This document shows positions 1 to 12,893 of a stretch of DNA of 64,000 nt, piece after piece. The stretch's first letter is position 1; every line of letters starts with the position of its first letter. This DNA comes from Octopus sinensis. Its lineage: Eukaryota. Both the position numbers and the translations under genes were made by a program. The notes under the pieces were generated by a model. That model searched no databases. It was not told where the DNA came from and was given only the letters and a program-made list of their open reading frames with translations. The DNA is taken from positions 2,852,001 to 2,916,000 of the forward strand of contig NC_043004.1 in the NCBI RefSeq assembly GCF_006345805.1, read 5' to 3'.

Positions 1-1763
1 TACTTGCGCCACAATTCATTTGCTACTTCGGCAGTTTTCAATCTCAAATTCTTCCCACAACTCCAGGATGCATCAAACCAGTCTTTATTTTGGTAGGGAT
101 GGCTATAAGTGGAAGAGAGAACTTCTTTCTTTAATAAGATTAGATTAGAACGAAGAATACCACAAGCTGTACATTATTAGAGATAAGTAGAATGACCAAT
201 TGTATGTTCTTACTAAGTGGTATGTCTTCTAAAAAGAAAGTTGGGGCTAGAAAGGAAGTGTCTGTCAGAATGCATGTTTAAAAAAAGATGGATGCATGTC
301 GCAAGAATGCTGGGTATGAAAGGCCCTGCGTGAACACGCTATAAGGACTACCATAAAGTGTCAGCTAATAAGACAAGGCTCGTGGGGTCGGCAAACCTGT
401 CCGTTTAGCTTCATGGGTCCCTTTGTGTTTGTTGCGTAAATTGTATTACATCCATTATTCATTTTATTCGTGTAACCATCCGTTTAACATGACTCCAGAT
501 CATCTGTTTAACATGACTCCAGATCATCGTGTAACCATCCGTTTAACATGACTCCCCATCTCTGTACGCCTTTTATAGGTAATAAAGAAACAACTAAGTG
601 GCGTGTCTGCTTGGAAATACGTCTTCTGCCCAGATGAGAATAAACTGACTGAATGTTGACGAAGTCTTTTCTGAAATTACAGATTAATAGTTTGAGGTGT
701 TTTAAGTTAAATGCGGTGTACGCAATTAAAGGCAGACGCAGTTGAAAGATGGTTAATTGCGCCTTTTGATGAAAGTTATGTTTTTGTAGCTATTTCTAGA
801 TAAAAGGATTGATCTGGTAAAAGTCTTGACCACGGTCAGAGCATAGCTTCGATGACAATATACGAACTCCCGACCGCTTGATCGATTGTTTCTATCTATG
901 AAATACAGTCGTGCAACTTGTAAGTGCGATATTCGTTATTCTGATTAGAATTGATTACATTAAGTGTGAGATGTTGGCATTTTTAGAAGTCCATGAAAGC
1001 TATGATGTAAAAAATTTGCACCGAGCAGGTATTTTTGCATTGTTCTACAGCTACAGAGAAAAGACTTAAAGTAATTTATGAAGAAGAACTTCAGCACGTG
1101 ATATATTCAAAAACAAGAAATTCTCGCTACCGAGAAGACGGTGTTTAATTACGTGAAATCTCAGCCCTTTAAAGAAATTTTCCCTTTTGTCGTTGTATCC
1201 GGATTTCCCAAAGAAATTTATATGCCAACATTGGCTAAATATTCAACATATCATTGAAACAATTTAGTGAAACTATAAAAAATTAATGTTGACAAGAGCA
1301 AACTACGCTGAAACAACATAAAAAAGTCAGTAAAAAAGGTTACTCATTACCAGCAGTACATTAGAGTGACAACAAAAGGAATATGCTAGGACAGTGTTCA
1401 AATCAAGAATGTAATGATATACTCATGGGTTGTTCGTCTAAAGCTTTATTTATCTCTTTACTCACAGTTGTATTTTCCCTTAAGTATTTACTATAGAACC
1501 TATTTATGTTTTCCAGAAAGAAGTATGACAACTCGGAAGAAAATTGAAAAATAAGTAAGGGAATGAAGAGAAATGAAGAAGAAGAACAACAACAACAAAA
1601 AACGTAGAATATCTGGAGAAAAGTAGAAAACTGTAAAAACTGATTGAAAACAAAAACAGTCTCCAAAGGAAGAATGTGGAGCGCAAAAGATATTTTTCAA
1701 ACCTGAAGCACCTGTGAATATATCAGTTGATGTGAATCATATAGAGATGCTCAACTCTTTCTC

Positions 1764-1829
<66 letters not shown>

Positions 1830-2709
1830 TCTCTCCTTTGTAAAATTAATATCTCTTGGGTATGATAAATCATTTCTATGCCAGTTTCGATGCATCCATA
1901 GCTCTCTATCCCAGCAAATTGCTAACATATTCAATATGCTGTGTTATTTTTGACATATTTATCATAAATACACCAAAATTATTTAATAACAAATAGAGGC
2001 CGAGCAATTTAGGCTTGAGTTTTATTTTTAAAACAGAATTGAAGAAATAAATGTGTGAATTAAGAAAACGATTAACTTTATTAATTAGGTTGCTGTCGAA
2101 GTTGGTTTAGCCCTAGGTCAGACCTGACTGAGCTGATCTCTGTTTAAAATATCTCGATCCTTGATAATCCTGTATTATCTAATGTGCCATCTTTAAGAAT
2201 TTAAGTTACATTTTAGTGGATGTATAAATTGCAAAGCGGCTGAGAAAATAAATTAATAATTATTTGGTAAGAATCACTACTGAAACTAGCTGCAGGAAAT
2301 TATGTAGTGTTAAAAGAATGATAGCATTGCTGAAGACTTGGTCGCAGAATTCATTTGCGGTATATTTCAACCAATAAACGTTCACTTTTCCTTTTGAATG
2401 TGAAAACTTCTGGAGAGAAAATTTGCTATCTCATCCACACGAAAAGTTATTCGAATTTGGGTTTTAATCTAGAAAATGGTATAATGGGACCCGTCAAATT
2501 TCAGTTTCATACCAGAGGGCATCCTTTGTTATAATAAGCCGAGTCACCAGAACACAGCAGAATTCCGATTTCAAATCTTCGGTATTATGTTTCTAAAATG
2601 AGTATCCGTAATGCAGGCACTTGGAGGTGTAGCAAGAAACCGCTTCATAGCTGCATGGTTCCGCGTTCGAACCTATTGTGCAGTACAATGCTCAAGTGTT
2701 GTTGCTGTT

Positions 2710-2860
2710 GTGGTAGTGTTGGTGGTGGCGGTGGCGGTGGTAGTGGTGGTGGTGGTGGTGGTGGTGGTGGTGGTGGTGGTGGTGGTGGTGGTGGTGGGTG
2801 GTGGTGGTGGTGGTGGTGGTGGTGGTGGTGGTGGTGGTGGTGGTGGTGGTGGTGGTGGTT
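2710..2860. repeat. (GGT)n microsatellite
   Basis: Long pure GGT run; explains the poly-G/V/W/T/H ORFs. Confidence 0.98.
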
Positions 2861-3605
2861 CGGTTTACCTGTCTGTGCAGGTTGTGACGGCGAGACGTGT
2901 CCTTTGGGTCTCCTGGATCGCTTCTAATTATGAGAATGAAAACTTTGCATGTCCCATCTCCTCGTATCGCCCTAAGACTGACAATTTCCATGATTTTTCA
3001 TTGCTAATTTTGTTCCTTCAGAATTTCAGTACGAAAACCTTTGAAATAGACTTCCCGCATCATTTTAGAAATTCTTCCTTAATATTTTATGTCCTGAAGT
3101 CCAACCTCATGACAGCTCCCACTGTTTCAATGCTTTGGTTGAGACGGATGTTGTTGGTGGTGGTGCTGGCGTATTTGTCTCTGATGCGGTGGTGGTTTCA
3201 GTGATACTGGTGAGGTTGTGTGGCCCGTTCAGAGCAAATGTAATTTTTTTTTTGCGTCTTTTTTTCTGTTTGTTTGGCTGTCCATCGTTCCCATACGCAG
3301 TTTCATTCCTCTGAGCAAAGGAACCAGGGATCCTTTCCGCCTTCTCTGGCCTGATCATGAGGGGATTTTCCACAGATCACAACTTCCACTTTCTTCGTTA
3401 CCACTTTCATTCGAAATGACACAAATTAACACCCGCTAGATGTCCTACCGAGAGGGAGCACAATCTTGAGGTGACAGCTTCTCTTCCCTAAATACTTTTG
3501 TAAGAGGAAAAGCGCCTTGTTAATTATAGGAGCTTTAGATTACAACAGAGCGAAGAAAAGTACCATACACCCAATTCTTCTAGCTCGCTGCCTTGATGGT
3601 GATGA

Positions 3606-3716
3606 TGAAGAAGAAGAAGAAGAAGAAGAAGAAGAAGAAGAAGAAGAAGAAGAAGAAGAAGAAGAGAAGAAGAAGAAGAAGAAGACGAAGAAGAAGAAGA
3701 AGAAGAAGAAGAAGAA
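3606..3716. repeat. (GAA)n microsatellite
   Basis: Direct reading; explains the poly-E/K ORFs. Confidence 0.98.
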
Positions 3717-4163
3717 AACCCACTGGCTCTGACACTTTGTTGCATCCCGCGACGTAGGTGCTGTGTTTAATGAAAATAAAATTAATAATTTTAACACTAA
3801 TAATTATAATAATCTGTTAGTCTTTTCCTATATAAAATACGTTGAGATGACGTGTTACAATCCATCATTTAGTTTCCCCGTTAATTACAAGATTACAAGG
3901 TGTACAACATTAATTAAATCAGACCAAAAACATCGATTAAAGTAATAAAAATAAAAACATAATGAATTAGTAAAATGTCTAAAGGCAGATTAATTAATAG
4001 GAACACATGGAGTTAAATTACTTAAGGCTGTCATTGAAAGCAAATAGTCAACGATTACGAGCGTTTAAGGAGTTGATCAACCTGCTAAATATAGCAGTTA
4101 AGTCTCTCTCAAAGTACAACCTACCCTCTGGAAAATAGATGGACAAGTTCGATAATGAAGAAT

Positions 4164-4475
4164 TTGTTGTTTTGTTTGTTCCTTCTCGAGTCATGCCTGG
4201 CTCATAAGGGCCGGTTTCCCGGTTTCTTGGCGTACAGGTTCCCCACCTGGACGGGACGACGGTCCATCGCAGGTGAGCTGCAAGATGCAGGAGGAAAGAG
4301 TGAGAGAAAGTTGTGGCGAAAAAGTCAGCAGACGTTTCGCCATTAGCTTCTGCCGGAGCCGCGTGGAGCTTAGGTGTTTCGTTCATAAACACACACATCG
4401 TCCGGTCTGAGATTCTAACCCGCGATCCCTCGACCGCGTGTCTGCTGCTCTAACCACTAGGCTATGTGCCTCTAC
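4164..4475 (-). mobile_element. tRNA-derived SINE family C (body 1 + tail Y)
   Basis: Minus strand: A-box TAGCCTAGTGG, B-box-like GGTTAGAATC, body ...ACACCTAAGCTCCACGCGGCTCCGGCAG..., tail GCGATGGAC...GAAACCGGCCC...GAGAAGGAACAAACAA; homologous to 17870, 35947 and 63489. Confidence 0.85.
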
Positions 4476-5486
4476 GATAATGAAGACTTGGTTAAGAAAT
4501 ACCCAGAAGAATGAGATGGTCAAGGTTGTAGTTCCTTTAGCGATAGTTCTATTCATGGGTTCAAATGATAACGATAACAGTAAGGTGAAAAAAAAAAGGC
4601 TTAGTTTCAAAGGCGAAATATTGAATAGAGTGAATATGGTATGTGTTCTGAGTGTGTGTTTGTATTTGCGTGCGTGCTTCTCTGGCCTGGAGTAACGCCT
4701 ATAACATCCACACGCTGTACGCTTTCTAAATATACATACAATCGGATTATATGATGACGTACGAATTTACGATACTGTATGAAACGATATATCCGTTGTT
4801 GTAGGTTTTGAATGAATATTGCTTCTTTCCCTGGCACCATTCATTGATTTTCCTGTCGGCCCTTCTGCTTACCGTATCTGTCACCGTTTTTCAATGGTTG
4901 TATCAGCTTCCTTTATTGGTTAGCCACCTCCTCAGGAGTTAGCATTGTTGTGGAAACGTGACATCTGATATATAACTAAGTCGCTTGCAACTAAACAAAC
5001 AAACACTACAATATATGAACTTTGCTTTAAAGAATAAGTTGTCTGTATTAGTCTTTTAAGTCGCTTTCCTTCCTGGTGTGAGACAAACTCGTTACGTTTT
5101 TCTGTTGTTGTTTCTGATCAGATTGCTTACAAGTCGCCCTTTTTTTTCGTCAATGAAATTGTCCTACGATATCCAAATCACGCGAATTACGCGTGTGACA
5201 ACAAAAAATATCAACAAGAAAAAAAACCCAATTGTAAAAACTGAACTGTGGTTTCCTTTTTATATTATCTGTATTTTACATACCAATATGGAGTAGATTG
5301 TTGATTTTCTTTTTTATTGTTCGTCGTATTTGACATTACCACTCATAAAACTTCAGTATTCATTTTCAGGCATTACATTTGTCAATACGAAGTGGTTTTG
5401 AGATGAGGCACAAAACTACTTTCTATAAAAAAAAATCGAAGCAGTTTTTGCCGCTTTACACTTCGATTATTCCACTTTGGAAATGT

Positions 5487-5846
5487 ATTCTTTTATTTGC
5501 TTCAGTCATTTGATTGCGGCCATGCTGGAGCACCGCCTTTAGTCGAGCAAATCGACCCTAGGACTTATTCTTTGTGAGCCTAGTACTTATTCCATCGGAG
5601 ACGTAAACACACCAACGACGGTTGTCAAGCGATGTTTGGGTGACAAATACAGACACATACACACGCACACATATATATGTATATATACGACGAGCTTCAT
5701 TCGGTTTCCATCTACCAAATCCACTCACAAGGTTTTGGTTGGCGCGAGGCTATAGTAGAAGACGCTTCCCAAGGTGCCACAAAGTAGGACTGGACAGGGA
5801 ACCATGGTTGGTAAGCAAGCTACTTACCACACAGCCACTCCTGCGC
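5487..5846 (-). mobile_element. tRNA-derived SINE family A, full length with internal microsatellite
   Basis: Head GCAGGAGTGGCTGTGTGGTAAG, CORE-like CCTTGGG(C)AAG segment, internal (TA/CA)n, 3' half ending GACTGAAGCAAATAAAAGA; many copies in window. Confidence 0.9.
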
Positions 5847-5889
5847 CTATAAAAATAACCGTTCATTTGAGAGATGCTAGTATACTACA

Positions 5890-6022
5890 TCGACTGGTAT
5901 CGACCGCGAAATGACCAAAAGCAAAATCGACCTCGGCAGAATTCGAACTCAGAATGTACCGACAGACGATACACTGTTAAGCATTTCGCCCAGCGTGCTA
6001 ACGATTCCACCAACTCGCTGCT
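5890..6022 (-). mobile_element. SINE family B, 5' fragment
   Basis: Matches B head (GTTAGCACGCTGGGCGAAATGC...GAGTTCGAATTCTGCCGAGGTCGA). Confidence 0.75.
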
Positions 6023-6399
6023 TTATGATAATGGACAATAGAAGGTCCGAAACGGACGCCAAAGGACCTGAAATGTCAGAGTGTTAGAGTGACCAAGGAA
6101 ATATCGGTTCAGAAATCGATAACCTGTCAAACAATACGGTCTCTACGTTGTCGTTCTATCAGCATTACACCCACAACGATGCAAGCTTTCAGGCCATCTC
6201 CTCTGTGATGATATCTCGCCCTTTTTGTTCCACCTATCACAGAGACCCTTAAATGATTCTGGTCGTTGCCTTTTCTTCTTCTGATTAATACATTTTAAAA
6301 ATGCATCAATGAACCTCTTTCAATTCATTCCCAGACGAATGATGTTTGAATACGACCTTGAGAAAATGAGGAATGAGAATATGCGTGTGTGTGTGTGTG

Positions 6400-6430
<31 letters not shown>

Positions 6431-7854
6431 CTGTGTGTGTGTGAGTGTGTGCGTTTGTGTGAGTATCACTAGAAGCCCTTATCCTACCAGCACCTTTAGT
6501 ACTTACGTGTAAGATATGAAATAGATAATATTTTAAGGAAAGCAACATTATTTTAACAATAGATTGTAACGATAAAGAAAAGTATAAGCAACATTAACCT
6601 AAATAAGTGCTGGAATTTCGAAGTCTACTTACCCATTCTATTATTTCACTATTCAATATTTTTCAGCCATGAATTAACCTACAAGAAGAATAACAGTTTA
6701 TTGTAGTAACAATGTCACTTGTGATCAGAGAGGAACTATAAAAGGCAAAATCCATTATACACAGCATAAAAACTCGAGCAGAAATCAAATTTATGGCCAT
6801 GTATTGACACAGGTTTTTACTGACTGGGTCTTCTCTATGCTAAGCCTTATTCTATTCAACAAATATTTCACATCTTTTAGAATACGAATTATTATCTGGG
6901 CAATGATTCCAATGAAAGGAAAAGCATTCAGGTGTGTCGAAATATATGAGATATACATACAAATATAGGCATGTTTGTGTATAAATTTATATATGTACAC
7001 ATATTTAACATTTGACGCATACACACAGACGCACATATGCATGCATATATATAATTATGTGTGTGTATGTGTATATATATTTATGTGTGTGTATATGTCT
7101 ATGTGTGTCTGTGTGCGGCGCGTATATCATTTGGCAGCTGTCGTCTTATCCATTAAATGAAGATTTTTTTACCCAACATCATTCTACAGACTATCATTCA
7201 TAACTTTATTTACTTCAAGCGAGTTACAGCAGTAAAAATGATGTATGATATATATGTGTGTGTAGATATATATAAATATAAATGAGTGTGTGTGTGTGTG
7301 TGTGTGTGTTTCTTTATATAAGTGTTTACAATTCTCAGGGTGTCGACATACTCCGTAGAAGCTTTTCTCGTTGTTTTTTTTTTCTTCTTTAAGTCATCCA
7401 TATAGGTAAGAGATGAATGCAACTCTAAGTAAACAAATATCGTAAACATTTTAGGATGCATCAGATGTTTGGAACGGCGTAGTGTCTCTACTTGCAACAC
7501 CTGCTTTCAGCGGGTTGATCTGGACTACTTCAAATGTGAAAGATCCGTTGAGCCATGGATACAACGAGGTTACGATAAGGATATGTGTATCAGCAAATCT
7601 ATTTTCAGTCTTGTAAATATCATTCGTTTGGGAAATGAATAGAATGTCTGATGTGTGTCTTGATGTGGCTACCCACTCATAAAAAAAGATGGGGAATAGG
7701 CCTGCGTATATGATATGATATGAACTTTCTGAAAACATTACAGGAACCAGTAGTTTAGCACAAACAGTAGTTTGTTGGGCTGAATGCTTCAGAATTTTCC
7801 ATTTTAACCCTCTACATGCTCGGTTCAAAATCTACCAAATCGAAAAATAGGTTC

Positions 7855-8016
7855 CAGGCGTGGCTGTATGGTAAGAAGCTTCTTTCCCAACGACATATAT
7901 TCGGGCTAAGCCCCTCTGCGTCGTACCTTGAGTAAGCATCTTCTACTACAGCCTAGGGCCGACCACTGTCTTGTGAGTGGATTTGGTGGGCAGAAACTGA
8001 AAGAAGCCCTTCGCAT
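7855..8016 (+). mobile_element. SINE family A, 5' half
   Basis: CAGGCGTGGCTGTATGGTAAG...GAAACTGAAAGAAGCCC followed by a microsatellite. Confidence 0.8.
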
Positions 8017-9017
8017 ATGTATGTGTGTAAGAAACAGAGAATTGTGTGTGTGTGAGTGTGTGTGTGTGTTTGTGTGTGTCATTGTTCATGGCTGGCACGT
8101 CTTTGATGATAGGTCTGTCACTTTACGATCGTCTTGGGCAAAACAAAAAATAAATACCATTGAGGTTTATTAATTTAAGTCCTAGTAATTTATCGCTACG
8201 TGATTAAGCCAATTACTTCTGTCGTCACCAGCAGACTTTTAGCACCATGTGGTGCCTGGGGATAGGAGAAAATAATGAAAGGAGCCGGACGTATAATGAG
8301 ACAAGTCATTGCTGAATCGAATTACTGAGAACTTCTAGTTAAAAATGATTTCAACATACTTGGCTCAGTGGTTACGATTGGTTAAGCTTAAAAACCCACG
8401 AAAACAAAAACAAAAAAAGTTATGGCATCTGTCGACAAACTACTGAACCAAATTCACTAAATGGTTCAAGTTCGTGTACATTCACACAAAATAATTCTAG
8501 AGTCTTTCTTGGATTCTATTAACAGAATTTTATTTTATTCTAATTTTCCAGAGTGGTGATACTGTAATATGGGATATGTAAAAGAAAATACAACCTTTCA
8601 CAGTGAGATATTGGCTACTAATTCGCCTGATATCATAGTTGATTTAAAACAGGTTAAATGGCCGAGTGCTGATCTAAATTTCTAGCAGTATTAATTTTGC
8701 CACTTTATGCTTTTTGGGTAAAATGACGGGGTGTATACAAATCGCTTCTCCCTTTCATTCAGGCTGAGTCCACAAAATAAGTTCCAAGTAATGCATAAAC
8801 GGAAATCGATATTCAAGATTTGTTGTATTGAGTGCAGTAAAATAACGTAGAAGCCATTCCTCAAACCAACCAGGTACCAATTCCTGGTTGAACATGCTAC
8901 TTACGTCATTGGTTTGTTTATGGTTTCTATGGCGTTGTGGTTTTGTTCCCAATGGAAAATAACGTCAGCAGTTGAGGGAAAAGTTCATAGATAGGTAGAT
9001 ACATTTATTAAGTAATC

Positions 9018-9233
9018 AATCCTTTCTACTATAGGCACAATGCCTGAAATCTGGGGGAGGGGACCAGTCGATTACGTCTGCCCCAGTTTCTCACTGGTAC
9101 GTAATTTATTGACAAAGTAAGGATGAAAGGCAAAGTCGATCCTTGTGGAATTTGAAATCAGAATGTAAAGCCGGACGAAATGCCGTGGAGCATTTTATCC
9201 GGCGTGCTAACGATTCTGCCAGCTCACTACCTT
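9018..9233 (-). mobile_element. SINE family B (tail variant B2)
   Basis: B head plus tail ...CAGGCATTGTGCCTATAGTAGAAAGG. Confidence 0.85.
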
Positions 9234-9243
9234 AACCAATAAA

Positions 9244-9295
<52 letters not shown>

Positions 9296-9503
9296 TTTTC
9301 TACTATAGGCACAAGGCCTGAAATTTGGGGGAGGGGACCAGTCGGTTACATCGACCCCAGTCTCTCACTGCTACTTAATTTATAGACAACGGAAGATAAA
9401 ATCGACCTTGGCGAAATTTCAACTCAGAACGTTATGACAGACGAAATGCCGCGAAGCATTATTTTACCCGCTGTGCTAACGATTCTGCCAGTTAGCCGCC
9501 TTT
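9296..9503 (-). mobile_element. SINE family B (tail variant B2), tandem second copy
   Basis: Same orientation as the 9018 copy; separated from it by (AAT)n at 9244-9295. Confidence 0.85.
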
Positions 9504-9640
9504 ATAGATTAAGTAAACAATAATAACTTGGACTGTTTATTTTTCATTTATTACTTTTGTTACAGTCATTTTTAAAAATTTTTAGTCTGGTGCAACACCG
9601 TTTCAGTCATAGCAAAGCCTTAATTGCAGTTTGATGTTAA

Positions 9641-9863
9641 ACCATTAAGTCCCAGAGTAGTTAAATTTCTGAATATTACTTATAACATTTTGCAGATGAT
9701 TGAATATAGGTGAAAATGAAAAAAATAATTATTAAAACTCCTTTACTTCAAGTAGAAATGAAAATACTCTGCGTCCCATAAATAGGACACTGAGACAATG
9801 TGACATAGCTTATTTAATGTTCTCATTTAGTGTCCTATTTATAGGACAGTGGGGCTTAATGGG
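9641..9863. mobile_element. piggyBac-type MITE
   Basis: TTAA on both sides (9637-40, 9864-67); 13-bp TIRs ACCATTAAGTCCC / GGGGCTTAATGGG (2 mismatches); internal 19-bp inverted repeat. Confidence 0.7.
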
Positions 9864-10818
9864 TTAATGATTGATTCGAGGTAGGGGAGTGGAATTGGCA
9901 GAGCATCAGATTAACAGTCTTGCGATGTTTCTTTGCGTCCTGTTAGACTCAAATTGCATTTGTAGACAAGTTTGTTTTTCATGCCTTGAGGCAGTTCATA
10001 GAATACCAGGTATGTTCTGGAATCAAAGTATACGCTCACAAAAATATACAGTTTTTGCGCCTTTCCTGAAAAGAAAATATATTTAGGTCCAGTCTCTGAC
10101 TTCGCTTGATCTCGAAACATACAGAAACGAAAATACTGCAATATATTAAGTCAGCGATGGCTCATACAGTGTCTGAAACTTCGTTGCTCTGAACGAACCA
10201 TCCCCTTCCTTATTTCATTTTATTACATTGGATCATATCTAGTTAATAAAAGCCAAACAACAGGATGTGTAATTCTTCTCGCAATTGTCTCTTCGACGCC
10301 ATATCTTACTGCTTATCTCATCGAGAGTAAACTAATTAATCGGACTTACTAGCACGTCTTCAACTTGTTATCTTATCTCACAAGTAGCCCTGGCCACTCT
10401 TAAATGGTAACTGAAGCCTCTCTCATTCTTCGCTAAACCTAATATCTCACAAGCAATAACGTCTCTTAATTAGAGAAAACCGTATTTGTCACGAGAAGAC
10501 AGTGTTTCTGGCTTCTTATAAGACGTCAACGTGTTAGTGAACCGCTTAAATGGGAATTTCGCTCTGACTTTGAATAGAGACGGGTAAAATTACTGTTTGA
10601 TAAAAAGATATGCTTTAATTCTAAATAGTGCCGAGTTAATACGCACGTGCGCTACACATACACACAAAGATGCACACACATGGATGAAAATACACAGAAA
10701 AATATACTAATACGTGTATATGTGTATATAGATACACAAACATACATACAGATATATATATAATATATATATATATGTACGTGTGTGTATATATATATTT
10801 ATGCATATATATATACAT

Positions 10819-10849
<31 letters not shown>

Positions 10850-11646
10850 CATATATATATAAACATATATAAAATCATGCACACATCTATATATATGTAT
10901 ATATATATATATATGTAGGTATGTATGTATGTATGTATGTATGTATGTATGTATATATGTATGTATGTATGTATGTGTGTATGTATGTATGTATGTATGT
11001 ATGTATGTATGTATGTATAAGTGAATGCATGAATGTAATCTTCAAGTGTTTAAGCTATTTTCTACGTAGATCGAAAAGGGATCGTCAAAAGCAACGACCC
11101 GGTCGCAGTTAGACGAAACTAATTGATATTTTCTCTTGTTCGTCCTGCCAAATGAGCCCATTCCTTCGTCACTGAGCATATTTACATAACGAAGATAAAT
11201 TTTCGTTAGTAAAATTACGCATGGCAAGTTAGACGGGTCGAGTCGTTAGATCGTCGCTTACCGTGTTTTCCTGCATTTCCTTGGCGGGAAGGGGCTCTGA
11301 ACGATCAACTTTGACTTTAATGTCTCTGGTGTTGATAAGGCAAAATGCATCAAGCACTGAGAAGAGTTAAGAGTCAAGAACAGATTCAATCTACAAACAT
11401 TTTTTTCGGACCAACTAACACCCAGAAACAGCTGTTGGATTAGTTACGTTTTTCTTCATCCCCTTTAAATATCGAAACATTTCAATTTCTGTGTAAGTCG
11501 TCCCTTTTTCTATTTAAACATAATATACATTCATTTGTATTTCATGTATTTAATATACTTGAAATATTGACCTCTCTAACTTGCTAATCTCCACTTCGAT
11601 GTACATATATTTACTTCGATGTACATATATATATATATATATATAT

Positions 11647-11685
<39 letters not shown>

Positions 11686-11691
11686 CATACA

Positions 11692-11770
<79 letters not shown>

Positions 11771-12237
11771 AACGAAAGAAAAAAACCACTCCTTCAAAAC
11801 CTCAAATTTTCACTGGTGGTACTTCAGGTGAATACCACAAATAAAATGTTATAATTACAATATAAAAATATTAAAGGAAATAAAGAAATACAATTGACAT
11901 ATTAAAAATTTATTTACATTATAATATAATATAATATAATACAATATAATATAATATAGTAGGGTCTATTTTATAATAAAATCTATTTTATGATTTAGCA
12001 GTCCTTGCAGGGACATTTTATCTGGGGTTTTTTTAACAAATATTACCCTGAGAAGACTTGTATTGATGAATATGAAGTTTTCTATAAATTCGCTAGTGGA
12101 TATAAGTCGAAATAAAGTGTTGGACTTTTATTTGGTTTAACTATTTGTGATATGATATTAGAGTACAATATATTATATTATATTTTCATAACATATTATA
12201 ATATAAATAAATTTTAAATATGTCAGTTGTATTTCTC

Positions 12238-12360
12238 TATCTCCTGAAGAGATAGATATAGATCTTCTTATATAGGTAAATCGTTACATAATTTAATTTA
12301 AACGTAACTTTAAATCCTGTATATGCGAAGATCTGCATGTATCGAAACCTCTCTAGTGAT
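12238..12360 (+). ncRNA. degenerate type-I hammerhead ribozyme remnant
   Basis: CTGAAGA (12244-50), long stem II (GATA/TATC, AGATCTTC/GAAGATCT), GAAA (12344-47); stems III and I not recoverable. Confidence 0.45.
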
Positions 12361-12411
12361 TAAAAAGCTGCCTAACCGCACTTACTCTTCCTTTTGACTC
12401 TTTTACTTTTT

Positions 12412-12446
<35 letters not shown>

Positions 12447-12487
12447 ACATACATACATACATACATCCATCTATACATACACACACG

Positions 12488-12519
<32 letters not shown>

Positions 12520-12549
12520 CATACATACATACCTACATACATACATACA

Positions 12550-12623
<74 letters not shown>

Positions 12624-12630
12624 ATATATA

Positions 12631-12690
<60 letters not shown>

Positions 12691-12692
<2 letters not shown>

Positions 12693-12893
12693 CGGAGATG
12701 TACTCGCATAGCAAGTGATTTGATCTGAGATCGTGTGCTGAAACGAAAACAATTGCAGCGTGGAAGGTGTTTGTAAGCCATTTAAGAAACACATAAAAGC
12801 CGTTCGATTCACTTCAACATTTAAGTTTAATTTGTCAAAATATTTTCGTCGCTAAAATCGGCGACCTGTTCACTGACAAAAATCCGTGTTGCA
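12691..12893 (-). mobile_element. ~200-bp (TA)n-embedded repeat carrying a G3:C8 hammerhead variant (probable PLE pLTR derivative)
   Basis: (TA)n on both sides; second copy at 51096-51229. Confidence 0.75.
12831..12880 (-). ncRNA. minimal type-I hammerhead, G3:C8 core variant
   Basis: TTTGTCA GTGAACA G GTCGC cgatttta GCGAC GAAA ATAT T T TGACAAA: 7-bp stem I, 5-bp stem II, palindromic AATATT stem III. Confidence 0.65.

Noticed and set aside
1-460. Possible old LINE remnant on the minus strand
   Set aside because: No diagnostic motif could be read with confidence
11790-11836. CTGAAGT...GAAAATTT on the minus strand
   Set aside because: A9 altered and stem I does not pair
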